From Candidatus Poseidoniaceae archaeon (lineage in GTDB: Archaea > Thermoplasmatota > Poseidoniia > Poseidoniales > Poseidoniaceae): a stretch of DNA of 64,000 bases. The notes beneath the pieces were generated by a model. The model was not told the origin of the DNA. It searched no databases and saw nothing but the letters and a program-made list of their open reading frames with translations. Positions 1 through 8,523 of the stretch are shown here, in pieces. Position 1 is the stretch's first letter; each line of letters begins with the position of its first letter. The stretch is taken from positions 164,084 through 228,083 of the forward strand of contig CASIBY010000003.1 in assembly GCA_949373095.1 (NCBI GenBank). The letters run 5' to 3'. A program made the position numbers and the translations under genes.

Positions 1-438
1 CGCTATTCATACATGAGTCGTTTTAAGACGTTCTTGGGGTCTCAAGAACCAGTTCACATCGTTCATTATTACTTTGCACGAACAGTTCACAAAGCCATGT
101 ATGCCTGCTTTATTCTTTTGCCGCTGACAGGCCTGGTGATCGCCGGATTGTACAATCAAGGATACACGGTAAACGCAACGCCTGATGAAGAGCAAACTGT
201 TATCGATTTGGTATTAGATTTACATGGGGCTGTAGCAAATCTCAGCTACATGCTTATTCTCCTTCACATCGCAGCAGCCATTTACTCTCGAATTAAGGGC
301 GAAGGAGTCTGGTCCTCTATGGTACCAATCTTGAAAGAGGACAAGCCAACAAAGAACAAGATAGTCAATAAAATGGCATTACTAGAAGGACAATTCTACG
401 ATAAAGTTCAGGCACTTTTAACTCGGAAAAAGAAGTAA
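1..438 (+). CDS. Cytochrome b561/b-like membrane protein, 5' end probably beyond the window edge
   Basis: Frame is open from base 1 (first ATG at 13); hydrophobic helices with His at heme-ligand-like positions (TVHKAMY..LLPLTG, DLHG, LLHIAAA). Confidence 0.65.
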   Translation, partial: RYSYMSRFKTFLGSQEPVHIVHYYFARTVHKAMYACFILLPLTGLVIAGLYNQGYTVNATPDEEQTVIDLVLDLHGAVANLSYMLILLHIAAAIYSRIKGEGVWSSMVPILKEDKPTKNKIVNKMALLEGQFYDKVQALLTRKKK

Positions 439-671
439 TTGTATCCCTTTTGATATCAAGAATAAACACAGAATATATCAACGGTAAAGGTGGCCCACTG
501 CCCACCCATCATACGAAGGGGATACAAGGAGGAAGAGATACAATAGAGAAGTTCTAACGTTCATTTTGTGGGGTTCAAACACTACTCTCGTTATACCGAT
601 CAATACTGAAGGGCTTTGCTCATAATTTTCAAGACCCTATTTCCTAAATAGATTCACTCCTTTGACCAATC

Positions 672-815
672 ATGGACTAGGATGACGGGTGGGGTGATGC
701 AAGAAGAAAACTTTTTGAAAGCGGCATAGGTTCCTTTCAAATCAAACTAGTTTTTTTGATATTCTTAGGTAATATTGGATTGATTGTTATTGCATCCATG
801 TTAGGATTAGACTAA
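672..815 (+). pseudogene. Small membrane peptide gene with an in-frame TAG at codon 3
   Basis: ATG GAC TAG GAT GAC GGG TGG ... reads MD*DDGWGDARRKLFESGIGSFQIKLVFLIFLGNIGLIVIASMLGLD*; one TM helix; stop overlaps the convergent ORF stop. Confidence 0.4.
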
Positions 816-1123
816 CCAAATGTCCACTTTCGGATTTTCAACCATGCTCGGATTGGAACAGGAACTACGACTCCACCGACAATATCCTCTCTCGCTTGGA
901 AGGTCTGTTCTGTTTGTTTGATATCGTCTATGAGGTCTTCTCCCCAATCAAAGGCCGCTTTCAACGCCTTGTAGGATAGATAGGATGCTGAACCTACAAT
1001 CGCAACCGCCGCAGTTGGAAGGGCCACATTCTTGATAGTTTGACCTACAACAACGGTTTCAAGCATTTCCCGTTCTTTCTCTTGTAACTCAATACGGTGA
1101 ACAATCACTTGAGTAGGCTTGGC
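812..1123 (-). pseudogene. Gene fragment (AKPTQVIVHRIELQEKEREMLE...) with one TM segment; possible mobile-element or virus remnant
   Basis: Protein-like part of ORF 812..1315; the upstream part of that ORF is only the antisense of the SPFH gene and promoter; no ATG at the apparent N-terminus (GTG 1108 or ATG 1066 possible). Confidence 0.45.
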
Positions 1124-1128
1124 AGGGT

Positions 1129-1166
1129 TTTGCGATATCTTTATGATATCACTCTGATAGCGCAAA
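1129..1166. promoter_or_regulatory. Operator of the SPFH/Arc operon: three GATATC-like boxes at 11-bp period inside an inverted repeat
   Basis: GATATC 1134-1139, GATATC 1145-1150, GATAGC 1156-1161; outer arms tttgcgatatc / gatagcgcaaa match 10 of 11; ends 12 bp before ATG 1179. Confidence 0.65.
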
Positions 1167-1178
1167 CTGGTCGTATCT

Positions 1179-2117
1179 ATGGAATCGCCTCCCCCTGCCG
1201 AAAAAAACAAGCTTTCTGATGAAATTATGTTCAAAGATGTCTCGAAAGGCACTCTAAACGGCTTTCTAGGAATCGCCATCCATTGGTTGGCCGTCCCTGC
1301 GATTTTCCTGTTCACCTTCGTATTTTATGCGGGAGGGGGTATCGGTGTTGCGGTGGGAATTTTACTTCAGATCGTCATCGGAATCACATGGTTCGTGATG
1401 TTCAACAGTTACCTTGTCATCAACCCGAATGAAGGTGCTGCACTCCAATTCTTTGGCAAGTATTCCGGCACAGTTGACGAGGAGGGGTTTCACTGGTTGC
1501 TCAACCCCCTCTATGAGAAAAAAAAGATTTCGCTCAGAATTCGCAATTTTGAATCTGCTAAACTCAAAGTAAACGACGTCAATGCAAATCCGATTGAAAT
1601 CGCAGCAGTCGTCGTTTGGAAGGTCGTTGATACTGCCGAAGCCTTGTTCGAAGTCGATAACTATCACGACTATGTGCAGATTCAAAGTGAAGCTGCCCTG
1701 CGCGCTATGGCGACAAAGTACCCATATGATATCATTGAAGACAAGGATGTCGGCGGGATTGCGCTGTCCAGCCACCAAGAAGTGATCGCTCAAGAATTGC
1801 AAATTTCAGTCGAGGAGCGCCTGAAGCGCGCCGGTATCGAAGTGCTTGAAGCACGCATCAGCCACCTGGCCTACTCCCAAGAGATTGCACAGGCCATGCT
1901 CCGACGCCAACAAGCAAGTGCTGTCGTTGCTGCCCGCAGTGAGATCGTCAAAGGGGCCGTTGGCATGGTTGAACTTGCTCTTGAGCAACTCAGTCAAAAG
2001 AACATCATCGAACTCGATGAAGACAAGAAGGCAAGCATGGTGAGCAATCTCCTTGTTGTGCTTTGTTCAGAAACCGATACAACGCCAGTTGTCAACACAG
2101 GAACGCTCTACCAATGA
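1179..2117 (+). CDS. SPFH (band 7/stomatin/prohibitin) domain membrane protein
   Basis: Two N-terminal TM helices, [45 protein letters not shown]-terminal [16 protein letters not shown]. Confidence 0.93.
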   Translation: MESPPPAEKNKLSDEIMFKDVSKGTLNGFLGIAIHWLAVPAIFLFTFVFYAGGGIGVAVGILLQIVIGITWFVMFNSYLVINPNEGAALQFFGKYSGTVDEEGFHWLLNPLYEKKKISLRIRNFESAKLKVNDVNANPIEIAAVVVWKVVDTAEALFEVDNYHDYVQIQSEAALRAMATKYPYDIIEDKDVGGIALSSHQEVIAQELQISVEERLKRAGIEVLEARISHLAYSQEIAQAMLRRQQASAVVAARSEIVKGAVGMVELALEQLSQKNIIELDEDKKASMVSNLLVVLCSETDTTPVVNTGTLYQ

Positions 2118-2126
2118 TGTGAGGCT

Positions 2127-2348
2127 TTGATGACCATAGGTGAGATTAGCCGCCTCGTTTTACCAATCATAGTTTCAGTACTCTTGTTTGCTTACGCTGG
2201 CTATTGTTGGGTGACGCAGAAAGTTAATGGGAAAACAAAAGATGAATCGCCGAAATCGTTCTATTTCACGGTTATAATTATTCTACTCATAGGGCTGGGC
2301 CAACTTTTTAGCACCCTGTATTGGGTTCTGAATGAGTTTAAGGGGTGA
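2127..2348 (+). CDS. Small two-TM membrane protein
   Basis: 73 aa, two hydrophobic helices, operonic spacing. Confidence 0.65.
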   Translation: MMTIGEISRLVLPIIVSVLLFAYAGYCWVTQKVNGKTKDESPKSFYFTVIIILLIGLGQLFSTLYWVLNEFKG

Positions 2349-2352
2349 AGAT

Positions 2353-2496
2353 ATGTCAAAGAAAAAAATACTTTTGCGGATCGACCCCGAACTCCATGAA
2401 GCTATTCGAAGAATGGCCGAGCGCGATATGCGTTCGGTGAACGGGCAAATTGAGTTTCTGCTCAAAAAGTCCATAACAGAACAACGAGGCGGATGA
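2353..2496 (+). CDS. Arc-like ribbon-helix-helix DNA-binding protein (47 aa, not in ORF track)
   Basis: Hand translation MSKKKILLRIDPELHEAIRRMAERDMRSVNGQIEFLLKKSITEQRGG; LRI beta strand and RSVNGQIEFLL Arc signature; GGGGTGA SD; ATGA overlap with the next gene. Confidence 0.88.
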   Translation: MSKKKILLRIDPELHEAIRRMAERDMRSVNGQIEFLLKKSITEQRGG

Positions 2497-2765
2497 ATAT
2501 GGAGCAGGAAGACAGGAAAGAAGCTGGTTTTATTGGACGGTGGTTTGGTTTTGCAGGGTGGAAAGCCATGTCTGCTCGAGCGAGGATACTCACTCAAATT
2601 GTATATCGAGTGTTCTTTTTACTTGGTTTGGCTGCCATCATCATCGGTTACGGAACCGTGACTGGTTCAGACCCTGGTGGTTTGGCGCTGATAGGTATGG
2701 TTGGAATCTGGTTTCTGCTGTTCCAAGCAATGGTCAATTTCGTCTTCATCGAAGGTTCGCGCTGA
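2493..2765 (+). CDS. Small two-TM membrane protein
   Basis: 90 aa, translationally coupled to the Arc-like gene. Confidence 0.7.
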   Translation: MNMEQEDRKEAGFIGRWFGFAGWKAMSARARILTQIVYRVFFLLGLAAIIIGYGTVTGSDPGGLALIGMVGIWFLLFQAMVNFVFIEGSR

Positions 2766-2833
2766 ACTCGAAATCATTGAATGATTTAGTACGGTGGGTT
2801 ACATTTAGATATCGGAATGTCGGGCTTTTCAGC

Positions 2834-3034
2834 ATGGATGATGAAGCACCCTCTCCAGACGGTACCTTACGTACCCGTCTTGCGAATCTTGGTTATGCCC
2901 TCGTCAGTCGCTTTCTTTACCCTCTTGTGACTGCTACTGTCATCCTCTTTATCCTGTTCAAAGTTTTTGATATTGGCTCTGGCAGTTCATTTGGAGCGGC
3001 GGAAGTTATTGGGTTATTAGGGGGAGAGGCATGA
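2834..3034 (+). CDS. Small single-TM protein
   Basis: C-terminal 66 aa of ORF 2540..3034 from ATG 2834 (MDDEAPSPDG...), one TM helix. Confidence 0.5.
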   Translation: MDDEAPSPDGTLRTRLANLGYALVSRFLYPLVTATVILFILFKVFDIGSGSSFGAAEVIGLLGGEA

Positions 3035-3205
3035 AAAAATCGTCCTGTTTGAACCATCAACCAATCAATTCGGATATGTTACAAGGGGTTATCCCATTCC
3101 CATGCAACTCTAAAAATAGGTTGTAAGGGTTCGCAGCGGGTCGTTTGTATCGGTACCCTATACAATACCCGCATTACATAGGGCCTCCCATACGAAAATA
3201 TGAGC

Positions 3206-3655
3206 CTATAACTCTTGTATTATTTCACAAGATAATATGTTTGCTAAAAACACTGTAAGTAAAAGAATTGCGGGAGCGCTATCCGCTTTGTGAGTAATCA
3301 TTACATTTAAACCAGGTAAAGAAATAAAATATTCTTGATTAACTCTAATTCCGACAAGTGGAACTTTCAATACGCTATTAATTTCTGGTTTAAGTGATTT
3401 TATTTCACTAAGTTTTATTGAATATTTACCACTATATTCGCTGAATGCATATAGGTATTCTTCTGTCAAAAACATTCCTTGCTTAGCAGATCTTAACATA
3501 GTATTATCAATAATTAATAGAATATCTTCTGGATTAAGTGATTTTTCCCCATATTTCTTAATTGCATTCATTGCTTTTTTGGGATTTATTTTAGACAATA
3601 CAGTTACATCATTGATTAATCTTGAAACCTGCCATGAGTGTATTTCTTCTCTCAT
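3206..3655 (-). CDS. Hypothetical protein, AT-rich (possible PH-like fold)
   Basis: 149-aa ORF; LIIDNTMLRSAKQGMFLTEEYLY segment; composition far more AT-rich than core genes. Confidence 0.6.
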   Translation of the reverse strand: MREEIHSWQVSRLINDVTVLSKINPKKAMNAIKKYGEKSLNPEDILLIIDNTMLRSAKQGMFLTEEYLYAFSEYSGKYSIKLSEIKSLKPEINSVLKVPLVGIRVNQEYFISLPGLNVMITHKADSAPAILLLTVFLANILSCEIIQEL

Positions 3656-3807
3656 AAGAAAATGTTAATATGCTTAATATTAATAATCTTCTCTCCATCA
3701 CTAGTTACTTTACAGCCATAAAAACAAAGTTCCAAGGACAACATCCCCATAAATACAGAGTTGAAATGTAGCATAACATTTATCTCCTTCCTTAATAATA
3801 GTAAATC

Positions 3808-4302
3808 ATGGCACAGATAATGGCTAGAGACAAACCTATTCCGCACCCATCAGCAGAAAGAAACGGTTTAACGGATTTTGAAATCAAACGTATATTGGAA
3901 CATGAATTGCCGATATATATCCTCAAAAAAACAGTCAAAGAAGGACATTTTCCGAGCATAGAAGGTGCGAAAATTGCTAGTAAAGAGTGGTTGAAATTTG
4001 TTGTTCTAACTCTTGATAATCCACACGTTCGCATCGGAATGTGGTCCGATATTGTTGATGAAATATGGCACGCATATCTAATGTATACACATGAATACTT
4101 TGCATTTAGTCGAGATGTTTTGGAGGTTGATTACTATCACCATACTCCACTCATTATCGATGGAGATGGTGTGTCTAATATGCCACAGGATAAGGGCGCC
4201 AACTTCGTAAGATTATATATTGAGAAATTTGGACCATTACACTCGATTTGGGATTCAATGTTGGATACGCAGATATGCTTACCTGATTGTTGCTGTGTTT
4301 GA
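3808..4302 (+). CDS. Glycine-rich-domain-containing-protein-like (DUF1399-like) protein
   Basis: VDEIWHAYLMYTHEYFAFS...YYHHTP motif. Confidence 0.7.
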   Translation: MAQIMARDKPIPHPSAERNGLTDFEIKRILEHELPIYILKKTVKEGHFPSIEGAKIASKEWLKFVVLTLDNPHVRIGMWSDIVDEIWHAYLMYTHEYFAFSRDVLEVDYYHHTPLIIDGDGVSNMPQDKGANFVRLYIEKFGPLHSIWDSMLDTQICLPDCCCV

Positions 4303-4317
4303 AGTTGCCTAGCATAG

Positions 4318-4638
4318 GTGGAGATTAGATTGTCCAAGACGTCTCAGACTTGCAATCATTGTAAAGTCACAAAGCACTTAGATCATTTTAATCAAGGTAT
4401 CGAAGGTCAATACAATCGTATGTGTGAAAGTTGTGTTTCAATTATCCAAATTGAAGTAAAAACAGGCGAGAAATTGAAACATACAGGTACGAATAGGACG
4501 TGCTATAAGTGTCGTAGTTTTCTAGCAAATGAAGAATTTACGAGAAGGGGAAATGGTACATACTATTCTGCATGTAAAGATTGCAACAAACACCACTTCG
4601 CTCAATGAAGAATATCTCGGATGCTTAACTCAGAGGGT
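4318..4638 (+). pseudogene. Truncated zinc-finger/HNH-endonuclease-like gene
   Basis: Four CxxC pairs, then TGA at 4606-4608 followed in frame by RISRMLNSEG, resembling the RRAR..NAEG linker before HNH domains; no HNH core follows. Confidence 0.55.
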
Positions 4639-4642
4639 AAGG

Positions 4643-4882
4643 TCAAAAATGAAATTCGAGTATGGAATAACCGAATATGGATAGTTCGCAGGGGTCTATC
4701 CGAATGCCCATCCGAATAGTTTTATTGTTTGAATGGGCTTTGCGTCGGTGCTTTGGAACGCTAGGGAGAAAACCGACCCACTGAATCTCCTTCCAACTGG
4801 TGATTGGCGGGAATGGGTATTTGGATGAACCCATTCGACACACCCGATTACTATTTGTTGATGCTTCCGACAGGAATATCAT
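4643..4882 (-). CDS. Hypothetical protein or fragment
   Basis: 79-aa ORF with ATGA overlap to the upstream ORF; no motif. Confidence 0.3.
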   Translation of the reverse strand: MIFLSEASTNSNRVCRMGSSKYPFPPITSWKEIQWVGFLPSVPKHRRKAHSNNKTIRMGIRIDPCELSIFGYSILEFHF

Positions 4883-5178
4883 TCCTGGCCGCTTTTGCCG
4901 GAATATCGAATGAATAGCACGGTGATAATTCCAATTAGAAGTCCGATCTGCATCCCAAGTAATCCCCCACCCTCATAACCGGGATAACCGAGATAAGAGA
5001 AATCGGGGTCTCGTCGTGGAAAAATCGTTGCTCCAGCTATATTGAAAATCAATACCAACATCAAAGTGAGAGAGACATAGAATTTACGCCCTACTTCTCG
5101 ACCGAATACTGTGGCCATTGAATATTGGTTGGCGCACTCGTATGTGAAATCATCCCGGGATATCTCCCTCAATTCCAC
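4879..5178 (-). CDS. Hypothetical two-TM membrane protein
   Basis: 99 aa, two hydrophobic helices. Confidence 0.55.
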   Translation of the reverse strand: MELREISRDDFTYECANQYSMATVFGREVGRKFYVSLTLMLVLIFNIAGATIFPRRDPDFSYLGYPGYEGGGLLGMQIGLLIGIITVLFIRYSGKSGQE

Positions 5179-5268
5179 AAAAGAGAATAGAGAAAGTTGG
5201 AAGGGGCTCCCCCCTAACAGACGGGTGTTCTAGGTGTATCCTGGGCGAACGCATATTGAGTTCAGTAC

Positions 5269-5427
5269 TCAATTTCCACAGCCACAGCCGCGTGTTTGGC
5301 AAGAAGGGTCATCAGCCTTAACAGCGACCTCTTGTGTGATTTCTTCTGCGACTGCCTTCTTAGGCTGGCGGCGGAGTATATTTGGCAGACGAACTTTTCT
5401 CTGATTCTGAGAGGTGCGGCGGTTCAT
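5269..5427 (-). CDS. Small protein with basic N-terminus and Cys-rich tail (52 aa, not in ORF track)
   Basis: Hand translation MNRRTSQNQRKVRLPNILRRQPKKAVAEEITQEVAVKADDPSCQTRGCGCGN; GTGGGGG SD-like sequence before the ATG. Confidence 0.6.
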   Translation of the reverse strand: MNRRTSQNQRKVRLPNILRRQPKKAVAEEITQEVAVKADDPSCQTRGCGCGN

Positions 5428-5554
5428 GTTTCCCCCACAGTGGTATAGATGATAACCGTTATTGAATAGTTAATAATCAGCAATTTACCATATAATAATT
5501 CAACAAGGGGATAAGAGGGTATAGATTCTGTCCCCAAAAATTTAAATAAGAAAC

Positions 5555-5575
5555 CCAAAAGCCCTTATATATATT
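5555..5575 (+). promoter_or_regulatory. Archaeal BRE/TATA promoter of tfb
   Basis: ccaaaagcccTTATATATAtt about 25-30 bp upstream of the start codon. Confidence 0.55.
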
Positions 5576-5595
5576 CACTAGATTAGTGGGTTGGA

Positions 5596-6531
5596 GTGAA
5601 ACATATGGATGATCAGCAAGTAGAAGATATTGTCAAGTGCAGCGACTGCGGAAGTCGTTCACTATCGAGAGACGAAACACGTGGCGAAGTTGTTTGCGAC
5701 GACTGTGGATTGGTGTTGGAAGACAACGTCATTGACCAAGGTGCAGAATGGCGTGTCTTTTCACCCGAGCAAGGCGACCAGCGTGCTCGTACCGGTGCAC
5801 CAATGACCGTTATGCTCCACGACAAAGGTCTCTCAACGGACATCGATTGGCAGAACAAGGATTACTCTGGAAAGACCATCAATTCCCGATACCGTTCTCA
5901 ATTCTACCGTATGCGAAAGTGGCAGAAGCGAAGCAGAGTCAGCAACGCTACAGAGCGCAACTTGGCTATGGCTCTTGCAGAATTGGACCGAATGGCAAGT
6001 CGTCTTGAACTTCCTAAATCCGTCCGTGAGGCTGCAGCTGTTAACTACAAGAAAGCAGTTGACAAGCGTTTGATTCGCGGCCGCTCTATCGAAGGTGTTG
6101 CAGCAGCATCACTCTATGCAGCTTGCCGACAATGTGGAGTTCCACGAACACTCGATGAGATTGGACAAGCCTCTCGTACCGGTCGTAAAGAAATTGGCCG
6201 AACATACCGATTCATGGTCCGAGAACTCAAGATGAAAATCATGCCAACAGGGCCAGAAGATTACATTTCTAGATTCTGTTCTGGACTTGGATTGGATGCA
6301 GAGGTCGAAGCAAAAGCATACGAACTCATCAAGGCTGCTCAAGAGAAGGAATTGACCAGTGGCCGAGGGCCGACAGGAATCGCGGCTTCAATCATCTACA
6401 TTGCATCGGTTTTGTGCGGAAAGCGCCGAACTCAACGTGAAGTTGCTGAAGTTGCTGGAGTTACAGAAGTCACCATCCGTAACCGATACAAAGAACTCAT
6501 TCAGAATCTCAATATTGAGCTTGATATTTGA
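5596..6531 (+). CDS. tfb: Transcription initiation factor IIB (TFB)
   Basis: Zn ribbon CSDCGS..CDDCGLV, EWRVF B-reader, two cyclin repeats, [23 protein letters not shown]. Confidence 0.98.
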   Translation: MKHMDDQQVEDIVKCSDCGSRSLSRDETRGEVVCDDCGLVLEDNVIDQGAEWRVFSPEQGDQRARTGAPMTVMLHDKGLSTDIDWQNKDYSGKTINSRYRSQFYRMRKWQKRSRVSNATERNLAMALAELDRMASRLELPKSVREAAAVNYKKAVDKRLIRGRSIEGVAAASLYAACRQCGVPRTLDEIGQASRTGRKEIGRTYRFMVRELKMKIMPTGPEDYISRFCSGLGLDAEVEAKAYELIKAAQEKELTSGRGPTGIAASIIYIASVLCGKRRTQREVAEVAGVTEVTIRNRYKELIQNLNIELDI

Positions 6532-6569
6532 GGATTGCATCCTTTGGAAATGTGTAGGAGGGTTTGTGC

Positions 6570-8051
6570 GTGAGCAAGATTCGTAAGAAAATTTCAAACG
6601 AAGCGTTTGAACTTGTGGCGACCGGGTTGGTTGAAGCATTGGAACGAGGCACTATCGCTTGGCCCCTCCCTTCTCCGCCAATGAGCGACCCAGATTTCCC
6701 GGCTATCGCCCCTACATCGCCTCACGTTCTATTTGAGCAAGGCCTTGGAATTCTAAATGTTGATCGTGGCATGTTTGACCGCCATCTGAATTCCGTAGTT
6801 GACCTCATTGTGCCTCACAGAATGAACCTCAGTGACGATCCTTTCGAAATTCATGAGCGGTGGCTAAAACGCCGTATGAATGAAGTGTCAAACCGTCTTT
6901 TGTTTTGCATCGCCACCGATTGGTTGGCCCAAGCCTTTGACCCGCACGCACCCAATACCGACCGATGGTGGCTTAGCATCGCTTTGCTTAACGGGCTTTC
7001 AACCGTACCTCACGGTCAATCCGTTCACCAAGGATACCACCTCGTTGAATCTATTGCACTCGCTGAGCGTCCTGGAACATGGCATACCCAGCCCGATGCT
7101 GGACCAGCGCATATGGATTGGAACCCTACCGCAGTTATCCCGCGAATGTCAACGGTTGTCGTGGCCCACACACAAGGTGTTGAGGCGGCAGTTTGGCTTC
7201 TTGAACGCCTAGAAAACAGTGATTCTCCACGGCGCCTGCTTTTGATGCAATGGATTCGCCTGTTGATGGAACGAAAACCTTTGATTGAACCGTTAGGCCT
7301 GAAAGAAATTCTGTTGAGAAGGGCAGCCGATGAAGACCCTGAAATTGCAGCGTATGTCACGCTTTGTCTTGCAAAATCCGTTGAAGCCGACCGCGACTTT
7401 GGACTGGAACTCACACATCGGCTTCATGCCAGAGAGGAGCCTTTGGTTCGGCGCGGTTTAGCCGATGTGCTGACCCGATTGTTCCGCCGACTTGGTGAAG
7501 ACGCAATCCCGTTTCTCAATGATATGCTCGATTCAGAAGACGAAAGTGTGTTGGCTGCAGCAAGTTCAACCGTTGGTGATTTGAAGTATCTCGACAAGGA
7601 TCAATGGGCTGACCGTTTAGCAACCCTCGCTCACCACCCCTTGGCCATAGTACGGCGAAATCTTGTTCCAAACCTTAGGGAGTACATTGAGTATGACTCG
7701 ACTGACGCAAGAGGACTTCTTCACCAACTTTGGTGTGATGGCGACGAAGTCGTCCGAACCCGACTACGAGAACTACTGATTCGTATGGAGGAGGTTGACT
7801 CCGACCAGTTTGCCCAGCGAATAACAGGACTTTACGAGCACAAAGCCGACCTTGAACCGCTGTGGGAAATCCTCACTCTCCGCCGCCCAGAGCGTTGCGA
7901 ATCATGGAAGACATGGCTATCCCAAGGCGGCTCTCATCCTACCACGCCACAGAAACAACTCCCCCAATCAACGTTGGAAGAACCAGGAGAGCTTCCGGAA
8001 TTAGGTGCTGCACTCGATGTCCTTGACCAAGAACTTGGCTTCCTTGACTGA
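6570..8051 (+). CDS. HEAT/ARM-repeat-containing protein
   Basis: Repeats such as EEPLVRRGLADVL, EDESVLAAASSTV, DGDEVVRTRLRELL; AGGAGG SD before GTG 6570. Confidence 0.7.
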   Translation: MSKIRKKISNEAFELVATGLVEALERGTIAWPLPSPPMSDPDFPAIAPTSPHVLFEQGLGILNVDRGMFDRHLNSVVDLIVPHRMNLSDDPFEIHERWLKRRMNEVSNRLLFCIATDWLAQAFDPHAPNTDRWWLSIALLNGLSTVPHGQSVHQGYHLVESIALAERPGTWHTQPDAGPAHMDWNPTAVIPRMSTVVVAHTQGVEAAVWLLERLENSDSPRRLLLMQWIRLLMERKPLIEPLGLKEILLRRAADEDPEIAAYVTLCLAKSVEADRDFGLELTHRLHAREEPLVRRGLADVLTRLFRRLGEDAIPFLNDMLDSEDESVLAAASSTVGDLKYLDKDQWADRLATLAHHPLAIVRRNLVPNLREYIEYDSTDARGLLHQLWCDGDEVVRTRLRELLIRMEEVDSDQFAQRITGLYEHKADLEPLWEILTLRRPERCESWKTWLSQGGSHPTTPQKQLPQSTLEEPGELPELGAALDVLDQELGFLD

Positions 8052-8471
8052 TTACTCTTCTTCATCAAGAGCAAGAGGCCCTTTGGTAATTGACCAAACA
8101 TAACATCCGTTAAACAGCGCAAGTGATCCGATCAGAGCAAGAATCAATCCAGCCGGCTCTGGAGCAACGCCATCGGCATCAAATAATGAGATCAAGCGAG
8201 TCACGACCAGGCAAGCCAGGCCGAAAACCACGACTGACAACCATGTGTCTTCTGGAGTCTCCCATCTGTCAACAGTGGGGGCAATTCCAAATCGTCCAAA
8301 TGTACGCTCATACCAAGCCAGATACAAACATGAAAGGCCCGCTAATCCGAGGACGCCACGGCTAAATGAAGCGGAATCCCACGGCCCTGAAGGGGCAACA
8401 TCGAGGAAGGTCTGTACCACAAGCACCGCCCCTGCTACCGTGAGGGAAATTGAGACGGTTTTTGCCTCCAT
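8052..8471 (-). CDS. Four-TM hypothetical membrane protein
   Basis: Hydrophobic ORF from ATG 8471 (MEAKTVS). Confidence 0.7.
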   Translation of the reverse strand: MEAKTVSISLTVAGAVLVVQTFLDVAPSGPWDSASFSRGVLGLAGLSCLYLAWYERTFGRFGIAPTVDRWETPEDTWLSVVVFGLACLVVTRLISLFDADGVAPEPAGLILALIGSLALFNGCYVWSITKGPLALDEEE

Positions 8472-8523
8472 GCTTCTTGCGTGGTGGGCCACGCTTGAAA
8501 GCCTGTGCCTTTGTCGCAGTACC

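Noticed and set aside
678-680. In-frame TAG (and TGA at 4606) as pyrrolysine or selenocysteine recoding
   Set aside because: No pyl or sel machinery in the window; both lie in a decaying accessory patch and are single-base changes from GAG and CGA
439-5178. Integron cassette array
   Set aside because: Genes are in mixed orientation, hairpins lack clear RYYYAAC/GTTRRRY ends and are not a repeated family, and no integrase is in the window
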